DNA of 63,739 nucleotides, filler included, from Folioceros fuciformis (lineage: Eukaryota), in assembly GCA_049999805.1 (NCBI GenBank). It is 7 parts of 6 records of this genome, joined end to end, with 100 filler letters (N's around TTAATTAATTAA, not from the genome) between each part and the next. Parts side by side here need not be neighbours in the genome. Positions count along the whole stretch, not along the records: positions 25,418 to 42,740 come from JBNGIO010006088.1; positions 42,841 to 45,583 come from JBNGIO010006089.1; positions 45,684 to 57,819 come from JBNGIO010006090.1; 4 more parts are not named here. The stretch is one strand, 5' to 3'. The translations under genes and the position numbers were made by a program. Below the pieces are notes generated by a model that saw only the letters and a program-made list of their open reading frames with translations, had not been told where the DNA came from and searched no databases. Positions 35,788 through 47,453 of the stretch are shown piece after piece; position 1 is the first letter of the stretch, and each line of letters starts with the position of its first letter.

Positions 35788-38595
35788 ATGAAGACTACAC
35801 CTCTACGAGGAAACGCCGATGTCCATAGGTTCTATGGAGGGAGTGGCGCAGAAGGTTGGGGCGTAGGTAGTGGAACACATATGCAGGAAGTGAACGATTC
35901 CATGAATGTGAATGAAGAAGGGCATTGCAGTCAAGAGAGTTCGGACTCAAGACATACACCTAGCCAGCGGTCGACCTTTAATCAGAAGCCAGCGTCGGAG
36001 TCAGTGATCAAAACACCCTTAGATCATCGACGATGTTGGCGGAAGAGACCTTCAACAATACCAGAGGCTAAGTGTTTAGAGCTTCGCATTTCTGTTGGTT
36101 ATAGAAAGATATGCTATGCGAGACAATGTCTGAGACTGCTTGGTAAACCAGGATTTAGAGAGTTGCGATATCGTTTTCTAAAGATGAGTAGGACAGAAAA
36201 AGAAACCTTTTTGCAGGCACATTTTGATGTCGAGAAGACTGAGAGCACACGTCCAATCGCGGAACCATTCTTACTTGGGTTGGGGAAAATAAGGTGTTGT
36301 CGAGACGCTTTCAGAAGAGTGTACTGTATTGGTTCAAATAGATATGAGGGAGCGAAAGAACGTGCTTGTGGGAACATTGTGTGGTCCGAAGCTATCCGCT
36401 CAGAGCCACAGGCTCCAGGGTACGTCGCTGCCGCGTGCGTATGGATGGATCAATTGTTTCTCCTCATTGCAGAGCGTATGCCAAATGTTGAACTGTACCA
36501 TTTGCCCAACTCTTACATAGAGGAGGAAATTTTCATGGGCTACAAGCGGCAAATGAGCTGAGCAGAACAATACAACATTTCGTACTCTTACTTCCGTCAA
36601 CTATGAGCCTCGCACTTCCCAAAAGTGCGCATTCCAAAAACGAACAGATTTTCCTTGTGGAAATTAGTTCTTTGGGTTATGTTTTTCAATTCCATGATGT
36701 TTGTTGCACATGTTCCTAGTCTGGTGCTGTTTAAGGTGACATAGGGAGTGCGCCGGTCTACCGGCGCACTCTCGGCGGGTCAGGACTAGTGCGCCGGTGT
36801 ACTGGCGCACTCCCGCCGGGTGAGGACAAGTGCGCCGGTCTACCGGCACAATTTTCCAGATGCATGAGAAAAGTGCACCGGTACACCAACACACTTCTGC
36901 AGCCAAAAGTTAGTGAATGCTGACTTAAGTTCCCGTTCATGGAAGAGGGTTTCGAAAGCGACTTGAAAGTACATCAACAAAGACTGAAGGCACAGCGAGA
37001 GAAGAGTATCAAGCATCGTGTAAAATGCTATGGCGATCCGGCTAAATACCTGGGGTTGTCTATAGATGGAATGGATCAGCAAAAAACTCAGATTCCTCAT
37101 TTTGTGCGACTTCCAAAGGACTTGGCAGACGTTGACCTTATTCACGTCCATGTTGTAGGATACATGGTGTACAATAGCACAATGTCGCTTGAGCTCTTCA
37201 TAGAGTATGAAAATATATGGAACGACACGAACTTAACAATTTCTATTATCCATAATGTGATTCATGTGTACATTGGACTTCTTCCAGGAGTTATGTACTT
37301 GCAGTTGGACAACACAGCAAGAGAGAACAAAAACGCTTTGCTGTTTTCATATCTGAATATGTTAGTGGAGAAAGGAATCTTCAAGAAGGTGAAGGTGGGG
37401 TTTTTACTAGTGGGCCACACGCACAACCACGTGGACCAGATGTTCTCCTGGTTTTCGATAGCTCTGGGAAGGAAAGAAGCACTGATTTTACCTACACTCA
37501 TCGCTGTTATGTAGAGTTCTTATACACCTATGCCAGCAGTGCATGAAGTGAAGGAGGTTCCAGACTTCCGGCAATTTGTGTGGCTTATACCTTACGGAAA
37601 AGCCGGTTATCAGAATGTATCAGCTGTTCACCACTGCACAATATTTCGTTCCAACACCAGTTCAAGATCACAAGGGAGAGCCGAGGTGAATAGAGCTTTA
37701 TAACAGTGATGTGCGGGAAGCAGTATTGTACAGACGAATTTTGGTCACCAGATGAGGGTATCGAGTTTCTGAAGCATATTCCGGACACAGATATCAAAGC
37801 TGCTCCATTTTTACATCTACAATCTAGGAGCAAAAAACAAAGGACAGTTTCGGACAATGTCGTTGAATATCATCTAGCACAAATCATATCAAAACTGGAG
37901 ATGCGATTACAACAACACTTAGGACCAAGCGAGAGCTTGTGGTGGGATGGGTTTTGGGTAGAGCAAGAGGCTATCGTGCATTCTATAAACTCCGGTGTAG
38001 ACAGAGACCTTGATTCTCCTTGGCGGTAGTATAATCGGGAGGCGGCAGAAATATTGAACACACCCGTTACTGTACCAGACGAAATGGTTGTTCACAATCC
38101 ACGCATCCGTGAGATTCCTAGAAGAAACATGTATGTGGGGGCATACCGTAAGGAGACGGACCTCAATGATGACCGCGACAATTTGAACGGGGATATAACC
38201 GAAATAGAAAAAGGGCATATGATTGCAGTCCCTTGCAAGACTGACGAAGACAATAGGCTGTTTTGGATTGCCAAAGTCTTAGAGGCAGATATTACATGCG
38301 AAAACCATATGTCAAAGTGCACTAGTGGGTAACCAAATGTTCATATGCTTTTGAGGGTCGTTACCAAGAAGAGATGATTTTACCACATGAAGCTCCGCCA
38401 AGAGGGTTACGTGGCGGTCGCAGACACAGGTCAAGCAGAAGACTTAGGAAGCATATAGATACGTTATTCATTGAAGACACGTTTATTCTAGCATATGGAT
38501 TTGACTTAACGCGCCAAAAACAGCTTCCCTCCCAAACGAGGACTCTCAATCGTGAACAGGATACACTGCCGCCTGAAAATAATGAAAACTTGTAA
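35788..38595 (+). pseudogene. DDD-type transposase of the DUF7869/Sola-like group, disrupted
   Basis: Cys-containing N-region (CCRDAFRRVYCIG), HFPKVRIPKTNRFS, core motifs LSIDGMDQQK, YLQLDNTARENKN and FLLVGHTHNHVDQMFS (36939-37514), and a C-terminal KGHMIAV...LFWIAKVLE segment. Several premature stops. Confidence 0.8.
36747..36895. repeat. Second array of four 24-bp palindromes, period 41-43 bp
   Basis: Copies start at 36747 (perfect), 36788, 36829 and 36872. They lie in a non-coding interruption of the transposase gene. Confidence 0.9.
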
Positions 38596-39122
38596 GACTT
38601 TTAGATAAAAGTGTTAAGTACAAACAAGTATGATAATTATTGTATATAGCGCCGGTCAAGTTCCGTTTTCCACTTGACATACATGTGCCTTTAGCAGTGT
38701 GCGCTGGTCAACCAGCGCACTCTCGCTTGTTCCGTGCTGGGTCACTGGTGTTCTATTTCGCCACTGTTTCTGAAAAATGCATATAGATATCAACATGTGA
38801 TAATTTTGAGGAATAGGGTCACCTGATATGAGGTATCGCTCAAACACCTACGACTTTACATGGAATACGATGACAAGTGAATTACGTGATACCCGCCATA
38901 TTATGAGGTTTTGTCATGTATTTGATTGCAATGACACCTGCAAATTTGCTAGTACTTTGGAAACAATTGATGATTAAGTTTATACTCAACACTCTTTTAG
39001 GCCACATTTCAGGTTCTCCTGACAAAAACAAGGGAAAATGTGGATATCTGACACGAGTTTTCAGCGTCAAAATCTCGCGAAGCCCAAAATGGCGGAATAC
39101 ACCCTTCTGGGTTAGACACTAT

Positions 39123-40904
39123 TGAGTGTTAGGCATATTGCTAGAACAGAGGTTGGGGAAGTTGACTTTGTGCTTGTATAGTGTGACTCGTTACGAGGTG
39201 GGTCGCGACGAGGTTTGCCAGCGAGCTTCTTCTTACATTCATTCTTGTAGTGCCCAGGAATGCGGCACCAACTGCACGAGCCCTTGGTTCTGCGGTCGAA
39301 TTGTTTGTCACCACCGGAGGATGGGTGAGAGGAAGGTCTTCGCATTCCAAAATTGCCACGGCCGCGTCCTCTTTCCGTGAATAGCACGTGAGTGCTAGAT
39401 TGGGTTGTCTTGTGACTTGCAAATCTGCTGGATTCCTCCTCGAGGAGAGCCGCTACTACCTCGGTGAAGGTGTAGTTGGGTGTATGTCCTGCTGCAGTTG
39501 TTTGGATTGCAGCACGGATTGCTGAATTCTGTGCGCAGATGACTGTTCTGTATGCAGGTGGCAAGGAGGTTAAGAGGGCAACTACAGCCTGCAGTTCACA
39601 TATCACAGTACCTCTTGAGGCTAGCTTTGCTCTGAGGGACTTGAACACGTTCACGTGCTGCTCAACACTATCCGAATCTTTCATTATGAGGGAATAAAAT
39701 TGTCTCGTAGCGTTGATGAGGGACATGCTGCTTTGAGCTTGGAACATGTCTTTAAAAGTCTTCCTGATTGCATTGGAAGTGGCTTGACCATTCGTGTGTT
39801 GCAGCATGCTTTTGTCAATGGTATAGATGAGGATAATTCTAGCGCACTTGTCCTTTTTGGTCCAAGCTGCGATTTGGTCAGAAGTTGTAGGAGGAACAGA
39901 TGAGGTTGATGGTATGGTGATTGTACCGTCAACGATCCCCATGAGGTCGTGCTCCTCAAGGAGCATAGTGATGCGCATTTGCCATATGTCATAATTGCTC
40001 CCTGTGAAGCGGTCTCGGTCTCTAAACTCTAATTTGGTTGTATTGATGATGTTGGTGGTCATTGCTATACGCTTTGCAAGACGGGTGAGTTTCTTAGCAA
40101 TCAGGTTGGTTGTGTGCTCACCTAGTGGATCATAACGAGGCATTCTTCTCTTTAGAGTGCTTCGGATTCATTGTTTGTGTGTACTGGTAAATTGGAGATG
40201 GCAACGAGAAGTGCCTCCATCTGCGACTTATCAAAACTAGCTGACTTTTAAGGTAATCTTCGGAGGAGGTAGCAAGGTTGCAAGGTGCTGGAGAGATCGT
40301 GCTGCTGTAGCGTGCAAGAAGGCTGTTGCTCTGTGGATTCTTGAAACGCTTCTTGCTTCAGGAAGATAGTATGGTCGGATGATAGAGGTGTCTCTGCAGT
40401 AGTTGTAGGTTCGCGTCCATGGTGGCATCACTGGTGGTGTGCGATGAGGCTGTGTGAGTGCGATGAGGCTGTGTGAGGGCGATTCGGCTTGGGGCATTTA
40501 TGCTTGGAGCATAGCTCGCCGGGGTGCGACGCTGAGGCATGGTAGATGGCCTAGGATCGTCAAAGCTTGCCTCCGTTGCTCCGGGTGCGTGCCATTACGG
40601 GTGGCTGAGAAGAGCAAGGTGCAAGGCGCGTGCGCGAAGCCAAAGGGGGCAGGTCTCTTCAGCTCTGATACCATAAACTGGAAGCAAGATTTATGGAAAG
40701 GATAATTACATTGATGATCAAGGGCTTAGTTATACAATTGTTTTCTGCAGTTATAACTGCTCGCTCTGATAACCGTATCTAAGTTATAACTGCTGAGGTT
40801 AAGTATAGTAAGTTCAGTCTACCATGTTTAATTAATGCCAAGTATCCATTCATGTGAACCATGCCCTAATCAACCAGTGTAGTCGGCGCATGAGGATTTC
40901 AACA
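39123..40904 (-). mobile_element. Copia-B 5' part: LTR, PBS, upstream ORF remnant, gag
   Basis: PBS TGGTATCAGAGC at 40662-40673; putative LTR 40674-40904 (TGTTG...TTTA). Gag (40143-39123) is clearly related to Copia-A gag (DRDRFTGSNYDIWQ, CSWC..GH...C). Confidence 0.88.
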
Positions 40905-41936
40905 GCTCGTGGCTTGGGGCCACTCGAGGCTAGACTACCCTTAGAGAGGATCGAGCTCATAGCTAGTCAGTTTTCCACACTAGCTGCATACATGAATGGT
41001 GTTAAAAAATAGCAAGCTTTGATGCCGTGCAAGGAACCCAACACCATAGATTCGATACCCATGCCCACATTTAAAATTTTCTATTCTAAACTTTCCCCAT
41101 GTCCTCAATGCTAGCAATTTGGCCATTTTCGTGGATGTCTTTGACTTTGTTGCAGGAGAGGACAAAGGTTGTTAGTAGGGGATAGAGGTTCTCAAGAGAG
41201 GAATGGAACTTGCCATCCGTGATCTCAGTTATGCATTATGGGTCTACCTGAAGGAATCAACATCAAGGAATTTGGCCTTCCAAGGATAAACTGCTGTTGT
41301 TGCAGCAGTTATGGCAAGAGCATTGTAGGATAGGGCTGTAGTAGACTATTCTTGTGTAGTGTCAACCGGCCGTGCAAGCAACAGCCGCTCTAGCATACAC
41401 ACTCATGGATTGGGATCCGGATCTACTGGAGATGGGTGGTGGAACAGATGACGGAGCTCACTCTTCTTCCACACTGCCTGTAACAAATGGAGTGCAGCCT
41501 GTAATTATGCCCTAAGGCCTTGCAAGGGGGGAATAGTCTCCAACATCCTTCACTTTTTGAGCAGAAGAGAACAGAGCTTCTCCAGTCCTGATCAAGGAGA
41601 AGAAGGGGACTTGTCAGCGCAAAGTACATAAGGAGTTGAGGATGAGCTGGTTCAGCACCCACTAAGGGGACATAGCATTTCTACATGTACTCCAAGAGCT
41701 CCATCGAAACAAGGTCAGACTGAGGCACGTCAGTTACATATTCGATGCTGCCAACCAAGAGATCGACTGCCCGACCCAAGCGTCGTTGCATAATCAAACT
41801 GTAAAGATGTTGGGCCCGCTTATTTAGGTCTCTCAGGGGTGAAATATATGCGATTATCGGTTATGTTACACGAGAGTGGCATATACTTACATAGACACGT
41901 ACATAAATGGGCATGCCACGTGGAACGAACGTGGGG

Positions 41937-42461
41937 CTCATAGTCATGGTGAGATGCTAAGGCTAAGAGGATCCCGAGTGAGGTTATTTTAAGTACGGGG
42001 CTAAAGGTTTCGTCGTAGTCAAAACCATATTTTTGAGAGTATCCCTTTACTACTAATCTAGCTTTGTATCTTTCTATGCTCCCATCAGCATTTAACTTAA
42101 TCTTAAAAGTCTACTTATAACCTAATAGTTTTCTATCCTTAGGTAAAGAAGTTAAGGTCCAAGTATTATTAGCTTGTAGGGATTCTAGTTCTGACCTGAT
42201 TGCCTGTTTCCAGTGTTTCTTTGGTGGGCAGGTGATCGCCTCTTGATAGCTAGCAGGAACAGATTGATCTATTGCTGCATTAAAGCAATAAGCTAGTGTA
42301 TTCTTAGGGTCTTTCCAGTTAGTAGGAGAGTACCTATTTATCTTGCCTGCGTTAGAACGCTGAGGACGTCTTCCTCTAGTGTTGTCAGTATTGCCGGGTT
42401 GTTGAGAGTCCTCGTGGGTGTCCTCATAGTTAGGGTCTTCATATATGGCATTATCTAGCAT
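41937..42461 (-). mobile_element. Degenerate Copia RT fragment
   Basis: VPASYQEA...WKQAIRSELESLQANNTWTLTSLP, followed by [32 protein letters not shown]. Confidence 0.8.
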
Positions 42462-42840
42462 ATTTGTGTTGAGTTATCGAGCTCTATATGAGCTAAACTC
42501 ATGTGGTGTTAGTTATCCCAGTTGGGTTCATACTAGACTAGTTCTAGTTATTAGTGAACTTAGGATAGTGTAGATTATCCCATATTGAACCTGGAAGTTG
42601 TGTAGCCCTAAATGTACTACTTAAATGGAGACCTCGGACCTCCATAGTAAGACAGTGGTGATGTGTATTGTTTTCATGGTTGTGATCACCAATACCACCC
42701 TCTCTTCTCTCCTCTCCTCTCCTACACTTACACGTAGACTNNNNNNNNNNNNNNNNNNNNNNNNNNNNNNNNNNNNNNNNNNNNTTAATTAATTAANNNN
42801 NNNNNNNNNNNNNNNNNNNNNNNNNNNNNNNNNNNNNNNN

Positions 42841-44195
42841 CTTCCCAGGTCTGGGACCAAACCTATACCCACTCTTATAACCAAACCAACTATTTCCTGG
42901 TCAATTAACTTAATTAGCACAAAGAAAAATAGGAAAAATGACCAGAAAATCAAGGAAAATTAGGAAAAATAAGTTGGAAAAGAAAACCAAACCATACCAC
43001 TATTAACCCTTTTTCAACCAAAACAAACTACTACCCCAAACTTTGGAGGTTCACAGTTCCACCTTTAGTGGCCACACTTATCCCACTGTCGTTGAGCCAT
43101 TGGGTTTCGTTCCCACGAAGGAGCGATGGGGTTCCTTGCTGCTGTGGATGGAGGGTCGGACTCAATCAACTCGATGATGGATTCGAGGGCTCCCCTCTAG
43201 CTCTCCGATCAGGCGTAGGACAGGCCTCGCTGTCCAGTAGTCAGCTGCACCTCTCTTGGTGCCCACAAACTCACTCCAATCACTACAACGACCCTAACCT
43301 CTCAGATCTGCGACTTCCCTCACTCACTTCACTCACTCTCTCGCTCCAGCACCAACACCAGCAACTAACAACGACACCACTACCTTCTACACTTCCCTCT
43401 TGACTCCTCCTACCCGGCAAGACTCACTAAACTAACCTCAAAGAAGAGAAAGAAGGGAACACACTCCCCCCACACCCCCTCGAATATCTCCTCCCCACAA
43501 CCTTACCAGACGCCATGAAACATGGCCTACAGCACTTGTCCAAACGGGGAACAAGAGTGGACAGGTCGAGAGAAAGACACATCCTTTACAATCAAGAGCT
43601 AGGGGCAAGCCCCTTCACCCTGGTCATTACACCTTGTGATCCTTGAAGGATCGGAAGGGAGCCACATGATGAAGGAGAAGAAGAGGGGAGAGGAGAGGAG
43701 GAGAGGAGAAAGAGAGGTCTCACAGTGTCTCTCACAACTCTCTCTCATCTCTCTTGCAAAGGGAGCTCAAGAGGGTATTTATACCCTCTAGAAAAGCTCC
43801 CAAGGAAGCTTCACAAGAAGGTCACAGGAAGCTTCCTAAAAATTAGCTTAAGCTAATCTAAACTAATGATACTTAATTAGACACTAATCTTAGACTAATC
43901 ACATTGGTTTAATTAGACTAATCACATTAGTTTAATTACATTGGGCTTTAATAATCCTATGGCCCTGTACCGGACCTAAACTTTCCCAGGTCTGGGACCA
44001 AACCTATACCCACTCTAATAACCAAACCAACTATTTCCTGGTCAATTAACCAATTAGCACAAAGAAAAATAGGAGAAATGACCAAAAAATAAAGGAAAAT
44101 TAGGGAAACGAAGTAGAAAAAGAAAACCAAACCATACCACTATGAACCCTTTTTCAACCAAAACAAACCACTACCCCAAACTTTGGAGGTTTACA
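42841..44195 (-). mobile_element. Non-autonomous LTR retroelement (two LTRs, ~460-bp non-coding interior)
   Basis: LTR 43516-44195 (TG...CA) and a partial second LTR at 42841-43055. PBS-like TGGCGTCTGGTAAGG at 43501-43515; PPT-like purine run next to 43056; no gag or pol inside. Confidence 0.7.
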
Positions 44196-45536
44196 GCTCT
44201 CCAACCACCAACGACATTGAGAGAGTTGAGGGGATTCCTGGGCATGGTGGGATACTACCAAAGGTTTATTAAAAACTTTGCCAAGAGAGCTGCCCCCTTG
44301 ACCAACCTGCTAAGGAAGGACAAAGAGTGGGAGTGGACGGCACCAAGGGAGGACGCTTTCCAAGATCTGCGAACAAAGCTCATCACAGCTCCAACGCTCA
44401 AGGGGTCGGACTGGAATAAAAAGTTCCATGTGTACGTTGACGTCTCTGCCTTTGCAATTGGGGTGGTACTCAGCCAGCGAGATGAGAAGAAAAGGGACTA
44501 CCCAATTTACTATGCTGGACGACAGCTCACCGAGGTAGAACGAAAGTACACCTCCAAGGAGAGAGAAGCATTGGGAATGGTATATTCAGTTAGAAAGTTC
44601 CGGCACTACTTGCTATCTTACGAATTCGTTTTCCATGTGGATCATTTCGTGTTAAAGCATCTGGTGAACAAGGTAGATTTGTCGGGAAGGATAGCCAGGT
44701 GGATTTTGTTGCTGCAAGAGTTTACCTTCATAGTGGAGACCAGGGAGGGACGTAAGCACGTCAACGCTGACTACCTTTCGCGGCACCAAACGGAGGAGGT
44801 AGCCCAGGATCAGGCGGATGAGTTTCCCGATGAAACTCTATTCGCAGTAGAGATGGAGGGCGAAGCGGCTATGCCTAACCGTAGACGACAAGCAGATGAG
44901 GGCGCAGCAAGGGATGAGAAGGGGAGGGTCAAGTTCGTCAGACCCACTTATCGGGAGGTAGCGGAATTCCTGGAGATGGGAGACATACTTATTGACTTGT
45001 CGAGACAACAGGTGCAGGCCTTCGTGCACTACACCAAGCCATTCACTCACAATGGGGGCGAGTTATACTGAACAGGACTAGATGGGAGACAACGACTATG
45101 GGTGACAGGGGAGAAGGTCGGAAAAGTTCTGAAGGGATTGCACGATGGGGAGGCAGGAGCCACTTTGCTACGCATATCACTTGCAGGAAAATACGGGAAG
45201 CGGGCTATTGGTGGCCGACTATGTACAGAGATCCGGTTGAGTTTATCAGAAGATGCGACGCGTGTCAGCGAGTTGGGAGGCCAACCCCGACAACACAGTG
45301 GCCCTTGGTACCGATCCTGGCCTTGGCTCCTTTCGAAAAATGGGGAATCGACTTTGTGGGGCCGATTCAGTCGAAAACCCGAGTTCGACAAAATCAGTAC
45401 ATTCTGGTCGCGACGAACTACTGCACGCGGATGGTGGAGGCGCAGCCACTCCAGGTGGATATTGCACATGTGGTAGCGAAGTTCTTGTTTGAGCAGGTAA
45501 TCGCCCGCTATGGCTGTCCGCTGGAGTTAGTGAGTG
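44196..45536 (+). mobile_element. Ty3/Gypsy pol fragment (RT end, RNase H, integrase N-part)
   Basis: LRGFLGMVGYYQRFI, YVDVSAFAIGVVLSQ, EREALGMVY, GYWWPTMYRD..RCDACQR and PFEKWGIDFVGP, with RNase H before integrase. Confidence 0.92.
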
Positions 45537-45583
45537 TGTGAACCTCCAAAGTTTGGGGTAGTAGTTTGTTTTGGTTGAAAAAG
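45537..45583 (+). repeat. Start of another LTR of the 42841-44195 family, opposite orientation
   Basis: TGTGAACCTCCAAAGTTTGGGGTAGTAG is the reverse complement of the LTR end at 43055. Confidence 0.85.
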
Positions 45584-45683
45584 NNNNNNNNNNNNNNNNN
45601 NNNNNNNNNNNNNNNNNNNNNNNNNNNTTAATTAATTAANNNNNNNNNNNNNNNNNNNNNNNNNNNNNNNNNNNNNNNNNNNN

Positions 45684-47453
45684 GTCTTCACCAAGATCGA
45701 GTCCTTGCACCATTTTCTTACGATCCATGAGCTTGATGTTTTGAACGCCAAGATGTCCTAGCCTTTGGTGCCATAAGAGCAACTTGTTAGTGTTCTTTTG
45801 TACCACATTTGCCTCCTCGATGCTCGACCTCGGCATGACAACGCTCCCACTCAAGCAATAGAGCTTGCCAATCTTTTCTCCTTGTGCCCTCACTTTTCCG
45901 TGCGCATTAGTGAAAGACACATTAGATCCTTCAAATCTCACTACCAATCCTAGAGAGGTGGCTGCACTCACGGAAAACAAGTTCTTCCCCAAGCCTGGTA
46001 CGTATAGCACCCTTTTCAACATCCCACGCACTACTCCGTTAGGTGTGGTCATATCCATTGCCACAACACCTTCCCCCTCACACATTTGGATTGAATTATC
46101 ACCCAAATAGATCTTGGTAGCAGCAATGGACTTGAAAGATTGGAACCACTCACGCCTATTGGTCATGTGCTCCGTAGCTCCCGAATCAATGTACCATTCT
46201 TCGACTTGCTTAGAGGGATGATGTGTGCACACAAAAGCTTCCTCATACTCTTCCACGAAGTTTCCTTGACTCTTTGCCTTCTCATCTCGATCTCTCTTGA
46301 AGCAATTCCTTGCAAAATGTCCAACCTTGCCACAATAATTGCAAGTGAGATTAGATCTACGATTTCTCCCCGTGAATGAAGAGGCCTCGGTTTGTTTCAC
46401 AAGGTTGGCTGATCCATCGCCAATCTTCTTGGTCACAAAGGCTGATTCTTCCGATGTCTTCCCCTTCTCCTTTCGTTTGGTCTCCTCATGGAGTAGTCTT
46501 CCCACAACAATCTCAAATGTAAGAGCATCTACTCTTGATTCTAAAGCTACAATCAAATTGTTATATGACTCCGGCAAGCTTGCAAGAAGAGTCATCACAA
46601 GGTTATCATCCGTCACAGGAGCTCCAATGATTGCGAATTGTTGGGAAAGACTCCTCACCTTGTCTACGTGCTCAATCACACTATCACTCTCACCCATTTG
46701 AATGGAAAAGAATCTACGCCTTAAGAACAAGCGATTCACAAGGCTCTTGTTCTCATACAAAGCCTCTAATTTCAACCAAGCCTCTCTTGCTGATTTGCAA
46801 GTGGTCACATGCATCAATTGTGCATCTTCTAAGTTGAAACAAATATTTGCAAAGGCCTTGCCTACAAGCTCATCCCACTTGGGCTGTCTCTCCACTTCAT
46901 TTGGACGCTCCTCGGTCCCCGACACAATTCCCCAAAGGCCTTTTTCAGCCAACAACATTTGCATCTTGAATTTCCACAAGTTGAAGTTGTCACCTCCAAA
47001 CTTTGAGATAACTTGTAGAGTGATGGTCCCTTGGGTGTGTGGGCCCATAACCTGTTGAGATGTCACCCCCGCCATGCTCAAAAGAGGTTAAAGCAAGTTA
47101 GTTGAAGCAAGATGCAGAATCCCAAAATAAGAGCACTATAACAAGGCTCTTAAACTCAAATAAAAGGAGAACTACAAAAACAACACAATACAAGTGAAGA
47201 GGGAGTTAGACTACAAATACTAGGTGGGTTCATCCCTTCTTTTATGGACCTATGGGTGGCACTCTCATTTCGTGCCCAATATGGGATAAATGACCCCAAA
47301 CCCTACAATACCTTTTTGCCTAACATAACAAAGTCTAATAAGCTATATATATACATATATTAATCATAACCTTAATCTCTCTTACCACTAATTAGTACAA
47401 ACTCAATAAGCTAGATTAGCACTAATTAATCTCAACATTAATCATGTTTAACA
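45684..47453 (-). mobile_element. Copia-C 5' part (LTR 47053-47453, half-tRNA PBS, gag-protease)
   Basis: TG...CA LTR; PBS GGTTATGGGCCC at 47041-47052. Gag NFNLWKFKMQMLL, knuckle CNYCGKVGHFARNC, protease WYIDSGATEHM, and LWHQRLGH. Confidence 0.92.

Larger units (their letters stand above)
31165..39122. mobile_element. ~7.96-kb DNA transposon (DUF7869/Sola-like DDD transposase plus ParB-like cargo), inserted in Copia-B
   Basis: Flanked by TGAGT at 31160-31164 and 39123-39127. Subterminal inverted repeats at 31171-31194 and 39094-39117 match 20/24, with a perfect GTCTAACCCAGA core. Excision restores the Copia frame CLTLTKTDENRW. Confidence 0.88.
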
